Below are positions 39,844 through 43,134 of a DNA stretch of 43,134 nt, piece after piece. Both the position numbers and the translations under genes were made by a program. The stretch is from Synechococcus sp. BS30m-G31 (GTDB lineage: Bacteria; Cyanobacteriota; Cyanobacteriia; PCC-6307; Cyanobiaceae), in assembly GCA_016777265.1 (NCBI GenBank), contig JADHRU010000001.1:1-43134 (forward strand). The letters are read 5' to 3'. The notes beneath the pieces are model-generated. The model saw only the letters and a program-made list of their open reading frames with translations, was not told where the DNA came from and ran no database searches. Position 1 is the first letter of the stretch, and each line of letters begins with the position of its first letter.

Positions 39844-40320
39844 CTAGTACAACTGCATGCGCACGGCTTGGCTTAGCCCTGGCAAGTCGGGTTCACGCCC
39901 CCGCAGACATTCGACGATTGCGAACACCAGGATTGCTAAGACTGCAATCACGACTGTGCTGGAGAGAGTCCCCACAAGCAACGATTCGCCGCCAATGGGT
40001 CTCAACAAAATGCTGAAGGCGAAGCTCAGAACAATCACCACAATGTCGGTGAGTAGGGCTTGGAGCGCGTTGAAACGCAAGAAATAAGGCACGTTGGGAT
40101 TGCGAACAACGCCCAGGAACAAGACAAAAAAGAGCAACAAACCGCCAAATGGAACAACCCGTTGCAGCTGAATGAATGGAATCGCTGGAACGATCAGCAA
40201 TTGCAACAGGGGAATTTGGTTGAAGAGGCCATCCATGCCAAGGCCGAACGGAACCGCATCACCCCATGGCAGCAGGTAGATCAACGGGGCGACGCATCGC
40301 TGCCAGAGGGGGATCTCCAC
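39844..40320 (-). CDS. Tic20/Ycf60 family membrane protein
   Basis: YLLPW, FFVLFLGVVRNPNVPYFLRFNALQALLTD, G.EPDLP.LSQAV. Confidence 0.88.
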   Translation of the reverse strand: MEIPLWQRCVAPLIYLLPWGDAVPFGLGMDGLFNQIPLLQLLIVPAIPFIQLQRVVPFGGLLLFFVLFLGVVRNPNVPYFLRFNALQALLTDIVVIVLSFAFSILLRPIGGESLLVGTLSSTVVIAVLAILVFAIVECLRGREPDLPGLSQAVRMQLY

Positions 40321-40349
40321 GGTCGATCAATCATTTCAACTGACGCTAG

Positions 40350-41219
40350 CTAGGGGTTCAGGGCCGCTTCGGCAGCACGTCGCATGGTTTCGACTGGAAC
40401 ATCGTTGCGATCACTCCACAGGCGAAGTGATGCAGCACCCTGTTGCACCAGCATGTCCAGCCCGTCAATGCATTGCTGTCCTCGGGATTGTCCCCAACGG
40501 AGCCAAGCGGTGGGTCGTGGCGTGTAAACCAGGTCGTAGAGCACTGCGGACTCTTGCAAGTGGCTCCAGACCGCCTCACCAAGGGGGAAGGCTTGGGCAT
40601 CCCCGTGTTGCGCCATGCCCACAGGGGTGGTGTTCACCACCAAATCTGCTTGCTCAATGAGCGAAGCAAGTATCGGACTGGAGTGAAGACATGGAGTGAG
40701 TGGAGCGTCGTTGTGGTGAAGATCTGCAATGAACCCATCGAGGACCTCCGGACGGCGACCAATCACCGTGATGGAGGCCAGTCCCAGGCGCTGCAGGCCT
40801 GCAGCAACCGCTCGGGCGGAGCCACCGCATCCCAGGATGACCCCATGGCGATTGTTCCAACTGGATTCTTCACCCAAGGGGGTTAGAAAGCCTTCCACAT
40901 CCGTGTTGGTGCCGTGCCAGCCGCCGGAGTCGATTGGGATCAGGGTGTTGACCGCACCAAGCCGTTTTGCGAGGGGACTTAGCTCTTGGCACAGCGAGGC
41001 GACATCTTGTTTGTGCGGAATGGTCACGTTTAGGCCACGGCAATTCACCGCCCGCAGGCCTTGAAGGACTTCCTGGAGATTTTGGCTTGTGCAGGGGAGG
41101 GCGAGGTAGCTCCAATTCAGTTGCAAGGCCTGGAGTGCAGCGTTGTGCATGGCCGGCGATAGGGAATGCCGCACAGGGTTGCCGAGGAGTCCTACAAGGC
41201 CTGTATCGCCGTTGATCAT
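40350..41219 (-). CDS. aroE: Shikimate dehydrogenase
   Basis: HSLSPAMHN, GLNVTIPHK, GAVNT, NTDVEG, GCGGSARA, DGLDMLVQQG. Confidence 0.96.
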   Translation of the reverse strand: MINGDTGLVGLLGNPVRHSLSPAMHNAALQALQLNWSYLALPCTSQNLQEVLQGLRAVNCRGLNVTIPHKQDVASLCQELSPLAKRLGAVNTLIPIDSGGWHGTNTDVEGFLTPLGEESSWNNRHGVILGCGGSARAVAAGLQRLGLASITVIGRRPEVLDGFIADLHHNDAPLTPCLHSSPILASLIEQADLVVNTTPVGMAQHGDAQAFPLGEAVWSHLQESAVLYDLVYTPRPTAWLRWGQSRGQQCIDGLDMLVQQGAASLRLWSDRNDVPVETMRRAAEAALNP

Positions 41220-41250
41220 CGGGTCGCCGGATCGCTTCCCCAGCCTGCCT

Positions 41251-41265
41251 GTTCGGGAACCCCAC
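41251..41265 (+). promoter_or_regulatory. K-box-like (GTTCGG-core) stress element upstream of dnaK
   Basis: GTTCGGGAACCCCAC starting 82 nt upstream of the dnaK ATG; resembles the K-box GTTCGG-NNAN-CCNNAC but is one nt shorter. Confidence 0.55.
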
Positions 41266-41332
41266 CTCGCCTCTCATGGGGTGTACTGATGAGGATGTCG
41301 CCATTCAGATCACTTTTTAGGGAAGGGCATCG

Positions 41333-43134
<1,802 letters not shown>

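Overview
This is a core-genome window of a marine picocyanobacterium, most likely marine Synechococcus (GC in the mid-50s by eye). It is centred on the probable replication origin, the dnaN-thrC intergenic region (about 21712-22095), which carries a cluster of TTTTCCACA-like DnaA boxes and an AT-rich patch. Gene order: pilT (3' end), pilC, HI0933-family flavoprotein, msrB, dusA, Gly-rich RRM protein, argH, PP2C/SpoIIE phosphatase, ftsY, nusB, DUF502, HpsJ-like, queG, TPR protein, GyrA/ParC-family subunit, purF, purL, PRC-barrel protein, dnaN, [oriC], thrC, DUF1400-like, ABC1 kinase, recN, uvrA, alpha/beta hydrolase, spsA, purT, two small proteins, mraY, DUF3134-like, small membrane protein, argG, coiled-coil hypothetical, rpsF, Tic20-like, aroE, dnaK (5' part). 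I saw no tRNA, rRNA, CRISPR array, transposase, integrase or defence system, and I cannot support a large novel system here. The best leads are small. They are a 55-aa membrane ORF missing from the ORF track and coupled to an 82-aa ORF; structured leaders before the RRM gene and rpsF; a long hairpin burying the start codon downstream of rpsF; a K-box-like element before dnaK; an AT-rich spacer with a 12-bp direct repeat after pilC; and a low-GC stretch inside uvrA. Family names come from recognising motifs and synteny by eye; no database search was run.
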